Notes under the pieces: generated by a model
Told to the model about the DNA's origin: nothing
Databases searched by the model: none
The model's input: only the letters and a program-made list of their open reading frames with translations
Origin: a virus
Strand: one strand, 5' to 3'
IMG/VR virus record: IMGVR_UViG_3300010376_000016
Location: 1 to 45,394 of that record
DNA: 45,394 bases
In this document: positions 14,776-24,655 of the stretch, one piece after another
How positions within the stretch are numbered: position 1 is the stretch's first letter
Layout of the letters: each line of letters starts with the position of its first letter
Position numbers and translations under genes: made by a program

Positions 14776-17670
14776 CTACTGGCCCGCCTGCTTCTTCGCC
14801 CGAGCGACGGCCGGGTTGTACTCCTTGACTGGGATCCCGAGGTAGGAGAGAGCGGTCAGTGGCCGGTCGCGGGTCGGGTACAACTGCGACGGCTTCTGCG
14901 GGGCGACCAGCGTCGAGAGCGGCAAGTTGCGGACGATGTTGCCGAGCGTCTGGCCGACCAGCCAAGGCGTCGAAAGCGGCTTGCCTCGCGGCAGGTGCGC
15001 CGCCGCCTCGATCGGACCGACAAAGAACGGGTTCGCGCCGAGCGCGTTCACGTCCTGGAAGCTCTGCGGGAACTGGGCCAGCGTGGCGTACGGGTTGAGC
15101 CCCTGTGTCGAGAGGATGCGCTCAGTGCCGCGACGGCCGGGCCCCATCGGGATCGAGCCCTCCAGCCAGCTGGGGACGTCCTGGGCCGCGTACTGCTTCC
15201 CGATCTGGCCGAGGTGGGCGATGATGTTCGCCCGCAGCGGCGTGTCGCGAGCGAGCGTGTAGGTCGCCCGCAGGATCGCCCGGTACCAGGCGTAGAAGGG
15301 CAGGAGTTGCCGCACCCCCGACTCGACGCCAGACAGGTGCAGGTAGTCGCCCAGCGCGTCGTTGATCTGCTCGGAGACCAACCGCTGGTAGGCCGCACCG
15401 CCCTTACCCTGGAGGATCCTCGACGCCGCCTCCTCGAAGGTGCGTGTCTGCCTCGGCATGTCGCCCCAGAGCTTCTTGAACTCGGGCGAGCGGCGAATCG
15501 CGTTGCGGATCAGGGCGCGGCGGAACATCACCTCCGACTTGGAGGAGACCTCGGGCAGGGCCCGCGTGAGCGCGTTCCAGTTCCGCCCGACGGTGCCGGT
15601 GACACGGCCGAGCCCCGCCTCGACCGCAGGTGACTGCGTCCCGCCAAGCGAGCCCCACTTCGTGTGCTCGGGGAAGAAGCGGTCGTACATGCTCTGGAGC
15701 TCGGGTCGGAGCTCGGGCGGGGTGGCTGGATCGTTGATCAGCCGCTGCGCGACGCGCGCCCCGTGCTCTTCCATCATCGAACCGAAAAGGTCGCGGACTG
15801 CGCCCTTGCCTCCCGTCTTCATCGCGTACATCAGCGAGTTGCCGACGACGTTGTTGGTCAGGAAGCCGACGCGCAGGCCGAGCACGGCGGAGCGCCAGAG
15901 TTGCAGCGGCTTGGTCACAAGCGCTCGCTGCAGCGCGCTTGAGCGGGTGAACTCGCCCGTCGCCGCTTTGACCATCTCCGACGGGACGAGGTGGTAGCGC
16001 TGCCCGGCCCCGACGTAGGCCTTGTTGATGTCGGTAGTCGAGAGGTGCTGGCCGAGTTGCTCGTCGGTCATCTCGTGCGCGAGCAGGCCTTCGGCCCCCG
16101 GCTCTTCGCTGTGCAGAAGGGCGCTCATCGCTCCTTCGCCCTCGCGCTTCATCAGCGGCGGGATCGGGCCGCCCGCGACCCTGAGTCGCTTGCCGAGCTC
16201 GTTGATCGCGTACTGCGGCTTGACGTGCAGGTACTCCCAGCCCTTCGGCAGTCCGCCGAAGTGATCCTCGATCTCCTGCCTCGTCAGTTGCACCGCACCG
16301 CGCTTGAGCGCGTTGTGCGTCTCATCGAACTTGAGCAGCTTGACCCGCTTGGCCATCTCGGGCCCGAGGATGTCGCCACGCAAGTGCAGCTTCCCAGCCA
16401 GGAAGAGGCGGTTCTGGTTCGCCTTGACCGAGCCGAGCTCCTTCGGGACGCCCTTGCCGCCGACCGCCCGCATCGGGCTTCGCAGCACCTGCTGGCTGAG
16501 CGTGTCCGGGACGTAGTACGGCTCGGGCCCGCCCGGCAGCTTTCGGGCGGGGCGGTCGAGCAGGCCTGAGACGGCCTCGCGCTTGGCGAGCGGACGCATC
16601 TCGACGCTCTCGGCCTTCAGTCGGCCGGTCCGCGTGTAGAGCCGCTCCATCGACTTCGAGAGCTTCTGCGCCTCGCTCTCCGCCTTGAGCAGCCGCTTCG
16701 ACGGCTCGAAGACGTTCTTCAGCACCCCCGGACGGGCGAGCTCCTGGTAGTTCGGGGTGCCGTGCCAGACCTCGGCCAAGTCGGCAGGGTGGACACCGAA
16801 GGAGCGGATGTGCAGCGCCGACTTCTCGTCCCCGGAGAGGCGCGAGAAGCGCCGGTCGTACTCGTGCCCCGGCAGGCTGCGCCGCAGTGCCCGTTGCTCG
16901 GCCCGGCCCTTGATCCCCGCCCCGTAGGCCTTGTACTCCCCGAGCGGCTGGAGCTCGACCTTCTCGCCCGCCATCGCCGCCCGGTAGCGCTGAACGGGAG
17001 CGACACGCGGGTTTGCCCGCGCCCGCACCTGTGCCCGTTGCACGGCACGGCGGAGCGGCTTCTCGGCCGCGAGCTCGGTCTGTACCGGCCCCTTCTCCTG
17101 GAAGATCGCCTTGGGCGAGCGGGTCACGAGCTCGGCTCCTCGCGCCGCCTCCGCGCCCCTCGCGCCGAGCATCCCGAGCCGGACGCCAGCGGTCGCACCG
17201 AGGTCGAGGATCGTGGCGGCGTCAAGGATCGGGCCGAGTGGGTGGTCGTAGACGTGCGAGAAGTCGCCGTGCGCGATCGGGCCGTAGGTGTCGGCGTAGG
17301 ACTTCCCGAGCGCCTTGGCGGTGTTGACGAAGTAGCGGGACTGCTGCGCTCGCGCCCTCGTTGCCTGCGACGAGGTGAAGCCGTGAACGAAACCTTGGTA
17401 GGTCGGGTTGAGCAACTGCTTGCCGGTCTCGTAGAAGCCGGGAGCGAGGCCGACGGCCGTCGAGCCGACGTCCTTGCCGAGGTTGTCCACGAGCTCCGCG
17501 CCCGAGTAGCGGAAAGCGTCGTGCCAGAAGCCGCCGCCCTTCTTGCCGCCGCCGCCCTTACCGCCCTTGCCCTTGCCGCGAGGGGCAGCGCCGACGATCG
17601 GCAGCGGAACGAACGTGCCCCCACCGACACCGCCCTTGACGGTCGGCTTGTCGGGAACGAACGTCGGCAT
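14776..17670 (-). CDS. Large virion protein (964 aa), candidate internal/ejection protein
   Basis: Longest ORF in the late operon; Gly/Lys-rich N-terminus; position next to the lysin fusion. Confidence 0.6.
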   Translation of the reverse strand: MPTFVPDKPTVKGGVGGGTFVPLPIVGAAPRGKGKGGKGGGGKKGGGFWHDAFRYSGAELVDNLGKDVGSTAVGLAPGFYETGKQLLNPTYQGFVHGFTSSQATRARAQQSRYFVNTAKALGKSYADTYGPIAHGDFSHVYDHPLGPILDAATILDLGATAGVRLGMLGARGAEAARGAELVTRSPKAIFQEKGPVQTELAAEKPLRRAVQRAQVRARANPRVAPVQRYRAAMAGEKVELQPLGEYKAYGAGIKGRAEQRALRRSLPGHEYDRRFSRLSGDEKSALHIRSFGVHPADLAEVWHGTPNYQELARPGVLKNVFEPSKRLLKAESEAQKLSKSMERLYTRTGRLKAESVEMRPLAKREAVSGLLDRPARKLPGGPEPYYVPDTLSQQVLRSPMRAVGGKGVPKELGSVKANQNRLFLAGKLHLRGDILGPEMAKRVKLLKFDETHNALKRGAVQLTRQEIEDHFGGLPKGWEYLHVKPQYAINELGKRLRVAGGPIPPLMKREGEGAMSALLHSEEPGAEGLLAHEMTDEQLGQHLSTTDINKAYVGAGQRYHLVPSEMVKAATGEFTRSSALQRALVTKPLQLWRSAVLGLRVGFLTNNVVGNSLMYAMKTGGKGAVRDLFGSMMEEHGARVAQRLINDPATPPELRPELQSMYDRFFPEHTKWGSLGGTQSPAVEAGLGRVTGTVGRNWNALTRALPEVSSKSEVMFRRALIRNAIRRSPEFKKLWGDMPRQTRTFEEAASRILQGKGGAAYQRLVSEQINDALGDYLHLSGVESGVRQLLPFYAWYRAILRATYTLARDTPLRANIIAHLGQIGKQYAAQDVPSWLEGSIPMGPGRRGTERILSTQGLNPYATLAQFPQSFQDVNALGANPFFVGPIEAAAHLPRGKPLSTPWLVGQTLGNIVRNLPLSTLVAPQKPSQLYPTRDRPLTALSYLGIPVKEYNPAVARAKKQAGQ

Positions 17671-17673
17671 CGA

Positions 17674-19161
17674 CTAGCCGCCCGCCAGCAGGTTGCCCTT
17701 GAACTTGAAGGCGTCCTTGTCGGAGATCCCGAGCGACTTGCGCTCCTGCGCCGAGAGCCACGGCCGACCCTCCGTCTGCTGCTCCCAGCCGTAGTGCTGG
17801 CCGGGCTGCCAGTACTGGTTGAGCGCCTTCTGGATCATCGTCAGCGGGATCCCCTGCGAGAGCGCGTTGCGGATCGTTTGCTGGTAGCTCTCCTTGGCGA
17901 GACCGGGCACCGTCCTGGTCACCTGGACGTTGTTCTTGTCGTAGACGGGGTTGCCGTTCCGGTCTTGAACGGCGACGACCTGAGATGTCCGCTTGCCCTC
18001 GAAAGCGTCCCGCGCCAACTGACCGGCCCGCCTCTGCAACTGGATGACCTGCGACTGGGTGAAGCCGCCGTTCGCGGCGGACTGACCGAGCTTCGCCTGC
18101 AGTTGCGCTGCTCGGATTCTGAGCGTCCCCTGCGAGACGCCGAGCCGACTGAGCCCCAACTGGTAGTTACGGTCGCTATTCATTTGCCGGATCTGGTTGG
18201 TCATCGCCTGGTTTCTGATCCGCGCCATGCCGAGTTGCGTCGTCATCGTCGGCGCGCCCGTGTACGGGTCGATGCCGGTGATCATCGCGCCCGACTGGCG
18301 GAGCGAGTTCTGCAGGTACTGGCCCTGGAGCAGCGACGAGAGTGCCTGCTGCTGCTGACCGATGATCTGCGCGCGAGCCTGCAGTGCGAGCGTCGGCCGC
18401 TGCGCCTGCAGCTGGGCGATCTGAGCCTGGTTTTGCAGATGCAGGTTCGCGACCTGCTGCAGGTACTGCTGCGCGATGCTGCCGACGTTCGCGGCTCCTG
18501 CGGCACGGCCGTACTGCGCCTGCGCGAAGGCGTTCGCGGCCTGGTCTGCGAGATTCGCTGACGGCAGGACGACAGACCCGTACTGGAGCGTGTTGCGCAG
18601 CGAGGCCGGGTCGTAGCCGGTGCCAGGCGCGGAGCCTGCTGCCGGTGCGGCCGGTGCGCCGACGGCGGCGGTCCGTTGCGCGGCTTCGTCGGCTGCCTGC
18701 TGCTGCGCCTGCTGGAGCGAGCCGGTAAGTCCGGTGCCGAGCCCCTGCTCGAACTGTGCACTCTGCCGGTACTGGTTGGCGATCGCCTGCGGGTCGGGCG
18801 CGGTCGCTGCCGCGAGCGCCTGCGCGAAGCCCTGTGCCCGCTGCGCCTGCTGGTTCGCCATCGCGATCGGCACCTGCGAGGCCGCCTGAATGCCAGCGAT
18901 CCCGGCCTTGATCTGCGACCCGACGAGTTGGTTCTGCAGCGACGTCTGCTGCTGCGGGGTCATGATCATCGACTGGAACATCGGCAACGGGTTGAACGCG
19001 CCCATGCTCACGCCGGGAGCGCTCGGCGGACTCGCTGCAGCAGCAGCGCGGTTGGCACGGGTCTGGGTCACCCAGTTGACGTAACCGCCGTAGGAGGCTC
19101 CCGGCTTCTGTGCGGCCGGGGTCGCAGCGAACTGAGAACGGGTGAGAAGTGGGGCTGCCAT
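17674..19161 (-). CDS. Gln/Ala-rich virion protein (495 aa), candidate internal/ejection protein
   Basis: ORF track; compositional bias; start overlaps upstream stop by 1 nt. Confidence 0.6.
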   Translation of the reverse strand: MAAPLLTRSQFAATPAAQKPGASYGGYVNWVTQTRANRAAAAASPPSAPGVSMGAFNPLPMFQSMIMTPQQQTSLQNQLVGSQIKAGIAGIQAASQVPIAMANQQAQRAQGFAQALAAATAPDPQAIANQYRQSAQFEQGLGTGLTGSLQQAQQQAADEAAQRTAAVGAPAAPAAGSAPGTGYDPASLRNTLQYGSVVLPSANLADQAANAFAQAQYGRAAGAANVGSIAQQYLQQVANLHLQNQAQIAQLQAQRPTLALQARAQIIGQQQQALSSLLQGQYLQNSLRQSGAMITGIDPYTGAPTMTTQLGMARIRNQAMTNQIRQMNSDRNYQLGLSRLGVSQGTLRIRAAQLQAKLGQSAANGGFTQSQVIQLQRRAGQLARDAFEGKRTSQVVAVQDRNGNPVYDKNNVQVTRTVPGLAKESYQQTIRNALSQGIPLTMIQKALNQYWQPGQHYGWEQQTEGRPWLSAQERKSLGISDKDAFKFKGNLLAGG

Positions 19162-20057
19162 CAGATCTTGTATCCGATCGACTGGAGGTAGTTCTGCAGC
19201 GCCGACTGGGTGACGACCGGACTACCGCCGAGTGACCCGAGCGTCGCCCCCGGGACCGGCGCATAGCTCGGGCCGTACATCGAGGCAAGTCGGTTCGCCA
19301 CGTCGCTGACCGCCTGGTTGCGCTGCGCGGTCGCGTAGGCGAGGTTCTGGTTGTAGTTGGCAATGTTCCCGTAGAGCGAGCCAAGCAGGTTCTGCATCCC
19401 CTGGTAGCCCGCCACGTCGTACTGGTTCTTCAGCAGGCCGAGACCAGCGGTCAGAGCACCGCCCCTGCCCATCGACCCCGTTCCTCTCGCGGCGAGCGCG
19501 TAGTCAAGTCCGGTCTGCTGCTGGTTGTAGGCCTTGTCCAACTGCGCCCGCTGCGACATCTGGTTTTGGTTCGCGGCGTCGAGCGTCGCCTGGTCGAGGA
19601 AGTTGCCGTAGCCCTGAAGCTCGGAGTTCGACATGTCGGGCGTCCAGCCCGAGCCGATCACGGCCTGCCTGATCTGGTTCCCGAGCGCGTTGTAGCCGGT
19701 CTGCTGCTGCGTGTTGTAGGTCTGGATCGCCTGCTGGTAGAGCGGGTCGGCCTGGAGGATGTCGAGGAAGTTCGGCATCGTTTTCGCGCCGGACGAAATC
19801 CCGCCGTCGTTGGGCAGCGCGCCCGGCAGCGAGCCGCCTTGGAAGTTCGGGTCGAGCGGCATCCCTTGGTAGGTCGTCGGGATCTGCGCGGGCGCACCGA
19901 GCACCTGACCGGGGACACCGGGATCCTGGAGGATGCCGCTGCCGAGACCCCTGGGCGCATTGATCCCGCCGCCGAGCGTCGTGTTGCCGGGGACGCTCGG
20001 GTCTTTCAGGACCTTGAGCTTGGGGATCGGAGGCATCGGCGGGAGGCCTCTCGCCAT
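19161..20057 (-). CDS. Gly/Gln/Asn-rich virion protein (298 aa)
   Basis: ORF track; late operon context. Confidence 0.6.
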   Translation of the reverse strand: MARGLPPMPPIPKLKVLKDPSVPGNTTLGGGINAPRGLGSGILQDPGVPGQVLGAPAQIPTTYQGMPLDPNFQGGSLPGALPNDGGISSGAKTMPNFLDILQADPLYQQAIQTYNTQQQTGYNALGNQIRQAVIGSGWTPDMSNSELQGYGNFLDQATLDAANQNQMSQRAQLDKAYNQQQTGLDYALAARGTGSMGRGGALTAGLGLLKNQYDVAGYQGMQNLLGSLYGNIANYNQNLAYATAQRNQAVSDVANRLASMYGPSYAPVPGATLGSLGGSPVVTQSALQNYLQSIGYKI

Positions 20058-20068
20058 GACGATCTCCT

Positions 20069-20776
20069 CTACGAGACGATGATGAAGTTGACGACCTGGA
20101 AGGCCGGACCGTCTTGCGGGGTACCGCTCGGGCCAACCTGAACTGCAGACGTGGACGGGCCGGTCGTGCCGCCAGCGCCGGACCCGGTGATGCTGTACGG
20201 GGTCGAGCCTGGAGTCAGCGAGACGTTCTCACGCGCCTGGGCGTGTGAGTGCGAGCCGTGGTTGTGCTGCGGGCCGCGCGAACCGAGCGGCTGGTTCTCG
20301 TTCTGGCCCAGTTGGCTGATGCCGGTCTTGCTGCCGCGCCCGACGGGGATGCGCTCCCGCAGGTCGGGGACGTTGAAGCTGCTTGCGTCGGGTGCGCCGT
20401 ACGCGGTGCCGATCGCGTCGAAGAGGCGCTTCTCGACGGTACGCGAGTAGGCCGTCCCGTCGCACATCTTGGATCCGTTCGGGGCGATGCCGCCGCCGTA
20501 GGGAAAGATCAGCCCAGCTGGCAGCGTCCCCAGTGTCCCAGTGCCGACGCCGCTGATCCCGAGGATCGCCGTCAGCCCCGAAACCGAGCCCATCGGCAGC
20601 GTCATGTCGCTGGTCTCCAGGTAGGAGACGAGCCAGGTCTTGAACTGGATCGGGAGCGAGAACGGGTCGGAGAGCAGCCGCTGCAGCAGTTGGTACTCCT
20701 GGTCGGTGAGCGGCCTGTCGTCGGCGGGCCCGGTCCGTCCCGACTGGACGGCGAGCGCGGCGTCGAGTGAGCTCAC
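20069..20776 (-). CDS. Tail fibre/receptor-binding protein with phage tail-collar domain (235 aa)
   Basis: GLIFPYGGGIAPNGSKMCDGTAYSRTVEKRLFDAIGTAYG...FNVPDLRERIPVG. Confidence 0.75.
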   Translation of the reverse strand: MSSLDAALAVQSGRTGPADDRPLTDQEYQLLQRLLSDPFSLPIQFKTWLVSYLETSDMTLPMGSVSGLTAILGISGVGTGTLGTLPAGLIFPYGGGIAPNGSKMCDGTAYSRTVEKRLFDAIGTAYGAPDASSFNVPDLRERIPVGRGSKTGISQLGQNENQPLGSRGPQHNHGSHSHAQARENVSLTPGSTPYSITGSGAGGTTGPSTSAVQVGPSGTPQDGPAFQVVNFIIVS

Positions 20777-22335
20777 AGACGGCTCCGCTCAAGCGGCTGC
20801 CCCTCGATCGCGATGTCGTAGAGACGGGTCGCCATCGTCGGCTGCAACTGCTGGACGCGGAAGGCGACCCCGTAGGGAGCTTGTCGGATCGGGAGCTTGC
20901 GCCGCAGGTAGCGCGTCGAGGGCGGGAAGTGACCGGCCGTCGTGTACGTCTGGGCGCTCGGGCTGGTGATGTAGTCGAGCTCCAGCACGGGCGCGACGGT
21001 CGCGAGCACGTCGGGCGGGACGAGTGGGATCGCGCTCTCCGCGTCCTCCAACTGGAAGCCGTTCCGCCAAGCCGCGAGCTCCGAGCCGCTGCCGGGAGTC
21101 GTGCGCGCGTCGTAGGAGAGGTAGGCGAACTTGACCCGCTTGCGTCCCTCCGCGCCGAGCCGATACCAGGGCGTCTCGATCAGCGGCAGCACCGGCTTGC
21201 CGTCGTCGTCCTGCAGCAGCGCCGAGCCGAGCGTCGGGAACCACATCGGCCCGATCCGGGCGAGCCGGTTCGTGCCCGCCATCCCCGCCCAGCCGCGCTC
21301 CATCCCGGTGCCGCCCGCCGAGGCGAACATCGAGAGCGCGTAGAAGTTCGAGAAGCGGAACCACTGCCGCTTGTTCAGGTCGCAGACCAGCGTGTCCGAA
21401 GAGCCGTCGCTGCGGCGGACGGTGATGATGTAGTAGTCGAGGAAGGTGCAGGCTGCGGCGGTCGCTTTCGCGCCCCAGAGGACACGCCAGTAGTAGAGGA
21501 TCGAGCCCTGTGAGACGAGGTTGCGGATGACCGCGCCGTCGCAGATGTGGCAGCCGTGCTCGTCCGCGAAGAGGATGTTGTCGTTCCAGTAGGCGACCGT
21601 CTTCGGATCACTGCAGCCGACGCGGTCGAAGAGGTGCTCGGGGATCAGGTCGTTGTTCGACTGGCCGGTCGCGGGCGGCGTGGAACCTCTGATCCGTTCG
21701 ACGGAACCGGGGTGGAAGACGATGATCACCGAGCGAAGCGAGCCGATCGCGGTCACCCGGTTCGACATCGGGACGACCGAAGCCGAGTCCCAGGCGTGGG
21801 CGGGTTGGTTCGGGTAGGAGAAGTAGACGTTCTGTTCTTGCCCCGGCACCCCGGCGACGACGACGTACGCGCCGTAGATCGTCCCGAGCGGCGCATGCGG
21901 CGCGGAGGCGTCCATCGTCGCGAGCGAGAGGCTGCCGCCCGGCGCGGTGACCAACTGCGGGACGGCCGCGCCGTCGCCGTCGAGCACGATCACCGTGTCG
22001 GCCCATTGCATCGGGTTCTGCTTCGCGGTGTAGGTCGCGAACCTGTAGGTGGACGTGTAGGGCGGGCTCGACCCGACCTCGTACAGCTTCTTGTCGGCGG
22101 TGATGGCGAGACACTTCTCGCCGGTCGAGAACGACGCGAGAACCCCTGCGGCCACGTCGGCGGTCATCGCCGCGTCTGATCCCCACTGCCAGCCGCCGCG
22201 CCCGGTCAGTCCGGCGTCGATGATCAGCGGGACGTAGTCAACGACGTTCCAGAGGTAACCCGCTGGCATGCGATCGCGGGGGAAGTCGCGGGCGAACGCT
22301 CGTGCCTGCCCGAGCAGCGAGGTCGGCTCAGCCAA
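20773..22335 (-). CDS. Putative tail tubular/nozzle-like structural protein (about 520 aa; start TTG 22335, alternatives 22401 or 22269)
   Basis: Late operon; beta-rich sequence; GGAGCA SD before the TTG. Confidence 0.5.
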   Translation of the reverse strand: MAEPTSLLGQARAFARDFPRDRMPAGYLWNVVDYVPLIIDAGLTGRGGWQWGSDAAMTADVAAGVLASFSTGEKCLAITADKKLYEVGSSPPYTSTYRFATYTAKQNPMQWADTVIVLDGDGAAVPQLVTAPGGSLSLATMDASAPHAPLGTIYGAYVVVAGVPGQEQNVYFSYPNQPAHAWDSASVVPMSNRVTAIGSLRSVIIVFHPGSVERIRGSTPPATGQSNNDLIPEHLFDRVGCSDPKTVAYWNDNILFADEHGCHICDGAVIRNLVSQGSILYYWRVLWGAKATAAACTFLDYYIITVRRSDGSSDTLVCDLNKRQWFRFSNFYALSMFASAGGTGMERGWAGMAGTNRLARIGPMWFPTLGSALLQDDDGKPVLPLIETPWYRLGAEGRKRVKFAYLSYDARTTPGSGSELAAWRNGFQLEDAESAIPLVPPDVLATVAPVLELDYITSPSAQTYTTAGHFPPSTRYLRRKLPIRQAPYGVAFRVQQLQPTMATRLYDIAIEGQPLERSRL

Positions 22336-23032
22336 CCCAGGTGCTCCGATCCAGCGTCTGCGAGAGCGAGACACGCCGCGCCGGAGCTCGGGCGGTGCCA
22401 CGCTTGTTGATCAGCATCTTGATCTCACGGAGCCGACCGCCGCGCATGTCCTGCCCCTCGTATTGGATCCGGTAGCGCTCGCCCTGTTGGCCGGTCGCGT
22501 CGTCGCCGTAGTCGGCCATCTGCCAGAGCGCGTAGAGCACGATCGCGTCCTGGTACTCCTCCGGGATCGCGCCGTGCGACTCGTCGCTGGGAGAGTCGGA
22601 GTCGGCTGCCATCTGCGTCGGCAGCAGGACCGCCCAGACGTCGAACACGCCGTCCGACGTCGGTGTCGGGTTGATCCGGAAGAGGTCGGAGCGGATCAGC
22701 GTGAAGGTGAACGGCGTGTCGGCGGTGACACCTGCCGGGTAGACGACCGTGGTCGCGAAGGCCGGGTTGTAGCCGGTCTGGTCACGACGAGCTCGCCGTG
22801 TCGCTCCGTCCTCGACATCAACCAGCGCGAGGATCTTGTGGTCGAGGGTGTAGACGCCCTGGTTGGCCTGATAGTGCAGGTGGACGCAGCGGGCGACACA
22901 GCGGGTGCGGGCGAGCAGGTCAATCGTGCCCCGATAGATCGCGTTCTGGATCGGCAGCGTCTCGTCGTAGTCGTCCATCAGTTGCAAGCCGAGCCAGGCC
23001 TGGACTTGCGAGACCATCTGTCCTCTAGTCAT
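22328..23032 (-). CDS. Putative head-tail adaptor or tail tubular protein A-like structural protein (234 aa)
   Basis: GAGGAG SD; position before the nozzle-like gene. Confidence 0.45.
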   Translation of the reverse strand: MTRGQMVSQVQAWLGLQLMDDYDETLPIQNAIYRGTIDLLARTRCVARCVHLHYQANQGVYTLDHKILALVDVEDGATRRARRDQTGYNPAFATTVVYPAGVTADTPFTFTLIRSDLFRINPTPTSDGVFDVWAVLLPTQMAADSDSPSDESHGAIPEEYQDAIVLYALWQMADYGDDATGQQGERYRIQYEGQDMRGGRLREIKMLINKRGTARAPARRVSLSQTLDRSTWVG

Positions 23033-23041
23033 GGGCTCCTC

Positions 23042-23122
23042 TCAGATCCAGCCAAGGACACGGGCCAACGTCGCGAGCGCGACGACCGCCGCGAGGACGG
23101 CGAAGCGTTCACCCGTCGTCAC
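23042..23122 (-). CDS. Possible membrane micro-protein (26 aa)
   Basis: Hand-translated GTG ORF VTTGERFAVLAAVVALATLARVLGWI overlapping the upstream stop. Confidence 0.3.
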   Translation of the reverse strand: MTTGERFAVLAAVVALATLARVLGWI

Positions 23123-23306
23123 TGTCGTCCACGTCTTCTTCGGCGTGGACGTTGTCGCGCTCGATGAAGACGCCGACACGGAAGTTCCTGGTCGTCGGTG
23201 GCGGTGTCCTGCGCAGCGCGAGGCGGGCGAAGATGAGGATCGCGATCAGAGCGAAGAAACCGACGACCGAGATGGTGATCGTCGTCGGCGTACTGACCGC
23301 GAGCAT
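23109..23306 (-). CDS. Membrane protein with acidic C-terminus (65 aa), holin-like or lysis accessory
   Basis: ATGA overlap with upstream stop; one TM segment. Confidence 0.55.
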   Translation of the reverse strand: MLAVSTPTTITISVVGFFALIAILIFARLALRRTPPPTTRNFRVGVFIERDNVHAEEDVDDSDDG

Positions 23307-23587
23307 CAGTCCTTGATGCACGTCCAGAGCGTCGTCTGACCGCCTGGATGGTTGATCACAAGGTCACCGGCCGTGAAGCCGCTCGGGCAGGTGAGACCAG
23401 CCGGTCCTGGCGGGCCCGGGTCGCCCTTCGGCCCCGGAGGGCCGGGCGTTCCTTGTTGGCCGGTGCCGACGTTGATCGTCACCGTGCGCGTTGACTGAGC
23501 ACTGCCGACGGAGGTCGCGACGAAGAAGCCCGACGTCCCAGCAAGCGCGAGCGACGCTCCCATTGCAACCACGTACAGGCGTCTCAT
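23306..23587 (-). CDS. Secreted/anchored mini-protein with collagen-like GXY run (93 aa)
   Basis: Signal-like N-terminus; GTPGPPGPKGDPGPPGPAG; two Cys. Confidence 0.65.
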   Translation of the reverse strand: MRRLYVVAMGASLALAGTSGFFVATSVGSAQSTRTVTINVGTGQQGTPGPPGPKGDPGPPGPAGLTCPSGFTAGDLVINHPGGQTTLWTCIKD

Positions 23588-23754
23588 TCGTGGTGCTCTC
23601 CGATCTCGATCCCTTCGCGCAACGTTCGCATGAGCTCTTCGACGCGCTGGTCGCAGTCGTGGTGCATGCGCTTCTGGACGAGCCGCAACGAGACGACCCC
23701 GCCGATCACCGCGCCGACGCCAGACAAGAATGCGCCGACTGCTGCCGTGTCCAT
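23584..23754 (-). CDS. Holin candidate (56 aa from ATG 23754, or 61 aa from TTG 23769)
   Basis: One TM segment AAVGAFLSGVGAVIGGVVSL plus charged C-terminus; immediately after the endolysin. Confidence 0.55.
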   Translation of the reverse strand: MDTAAVGAFLSGVGAVIGGVVSLRLVQKRMHHDCDQRVEELMRTLREGIEIGEHHE

Positions 23755-23755
23755 C

Positions 23756-24655
23756 TCACGGCTCGGCAACGCGGACGAAAGTGATCCTGTTCGCTTGCGA
23801 GCGGCTTCGCGACCGGCGCATCACTTCGCCGCCGTTCGAGTTGTTGCCGTTCGAGGTGTTGCCTTCGATGGCGTTGAACTGCGCCGAGGATCCCGACTCG
23901 AAGATGCCGACGTGGTCGTACTCGCCGCCGTCCCAGTCGTAACAGACGAGGTCACCCGGCTGCGGTGACGTGGTGGTGCTCAAGCCGTAACGCCCCGCGT
24001 TCGCGTCGCTGACGATGTACGGGACATAGGCGTAGCGCGAGCCGCGCACGAACGAGGGCGAACCGCCGACCGCCTCGATCTCGAAGCAGTAAGTGGCGAA
24101 CATCGCGCACCAGGGCTGGTAGTTCGCGCCGTACCACTGGCCGAACAACGTGTCGTTCGAGTCCGCTGGCTGCTCGGTGTAGCCGAGCCAAGTCTTCGCG
24201 CCGTCGAGCGCCTGCTCGCGCACGGTCTTCTTCGGCTTCGGCTTGTAGATCTGCCAGGCCTCACCGATCAGGTTCTGCGCGGTCACGTCCATCGCGTACT
24301 CCCCGGCATGGGGGAGCGGCGAGGGGATGATGATCGAGCGCAGCCCGTTGAACGTCGCCTCTCCGATGTAGCCGGTGTCGGGCGAGATGCTCAGCTGGCG
24401 CTGCACTCCCGCGACGCCGGAGTCGGGCACGTTGCCACCGGCCTTGCCGTGAGCGAATCCGTTGGAGTACGAGTCATCGAACTTCTGCCACGGCCAGCGT
24501 CCGGCGCGGCTGACGGTTCGCTTGTAGGCGAGGATGTCGGGCCCGTCCGGCGACGGCTCGTAGCCCTTCGCGTCGGGCGGGTAGACGCTGCGCGGAAACC
24601 CCGGCACGGGAACCATCGGGCCACCGGGGTAGCCCTTTTCCCACCATTCAGTCAT
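23756..24655 (-). CDS. Endolysin: peptidoglycan-binding domain plus C-terminal CHAP amidase/peptidase (299 aa)
   Basis: QPWCAMFATYC...GDLVCYDWDGGEYDHVGIF...EGNTS (CHAP); GVAGVQRQLSISPDTGYIGEATFNGL (PG binding). Confidence 0.85.
   Translation of the reverse strand: MTEWWEKGYPGGPMVPVPGFPRSVYPPDAKGYEPSPDGPDILAYKRTVSRAGRWPWQKFDDSYSNGFAHGKAGGNVPDSGVAGVQRQLSISPDTGYIGEATFNGLRSIIIPSPLPHAGEYAMDVTAQNLIGEAWQIYKPKPKKTVREQALDGAKTWLGYTEQPADSNDTLFGQWYGANYQPWCAMFATYCFEIEAVGGSPSFVRGSRYAYVPYIVSDANAGRYGLSTTTSPQPGDLVCYDWDGGEYDHVGIFESGSSAQFNAIEGNTSNGNNSNGGEVMRRSRSRSQANRITFVRVAEP

Noticed and set aside
14776-17670. 964-aa protein as a tape measure protein
   Set aside because: There is no tail tube, sheath or frameshifted chaperone pair upstream. 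The flanking genes fit a podovirus-like ejection set better.
16762-18561. 599-aa plus-strand ORF, and similar long ORFs at 18176..19384, 20767..21513, 21547..22179 and 29182..29937
   Set aside because: They lie antisense or out of frame over well-supported late genes. They are Arg/Pro/Ala/Gly-rich with no SD, which is typical of shadow ORFs in high-GC DNA.
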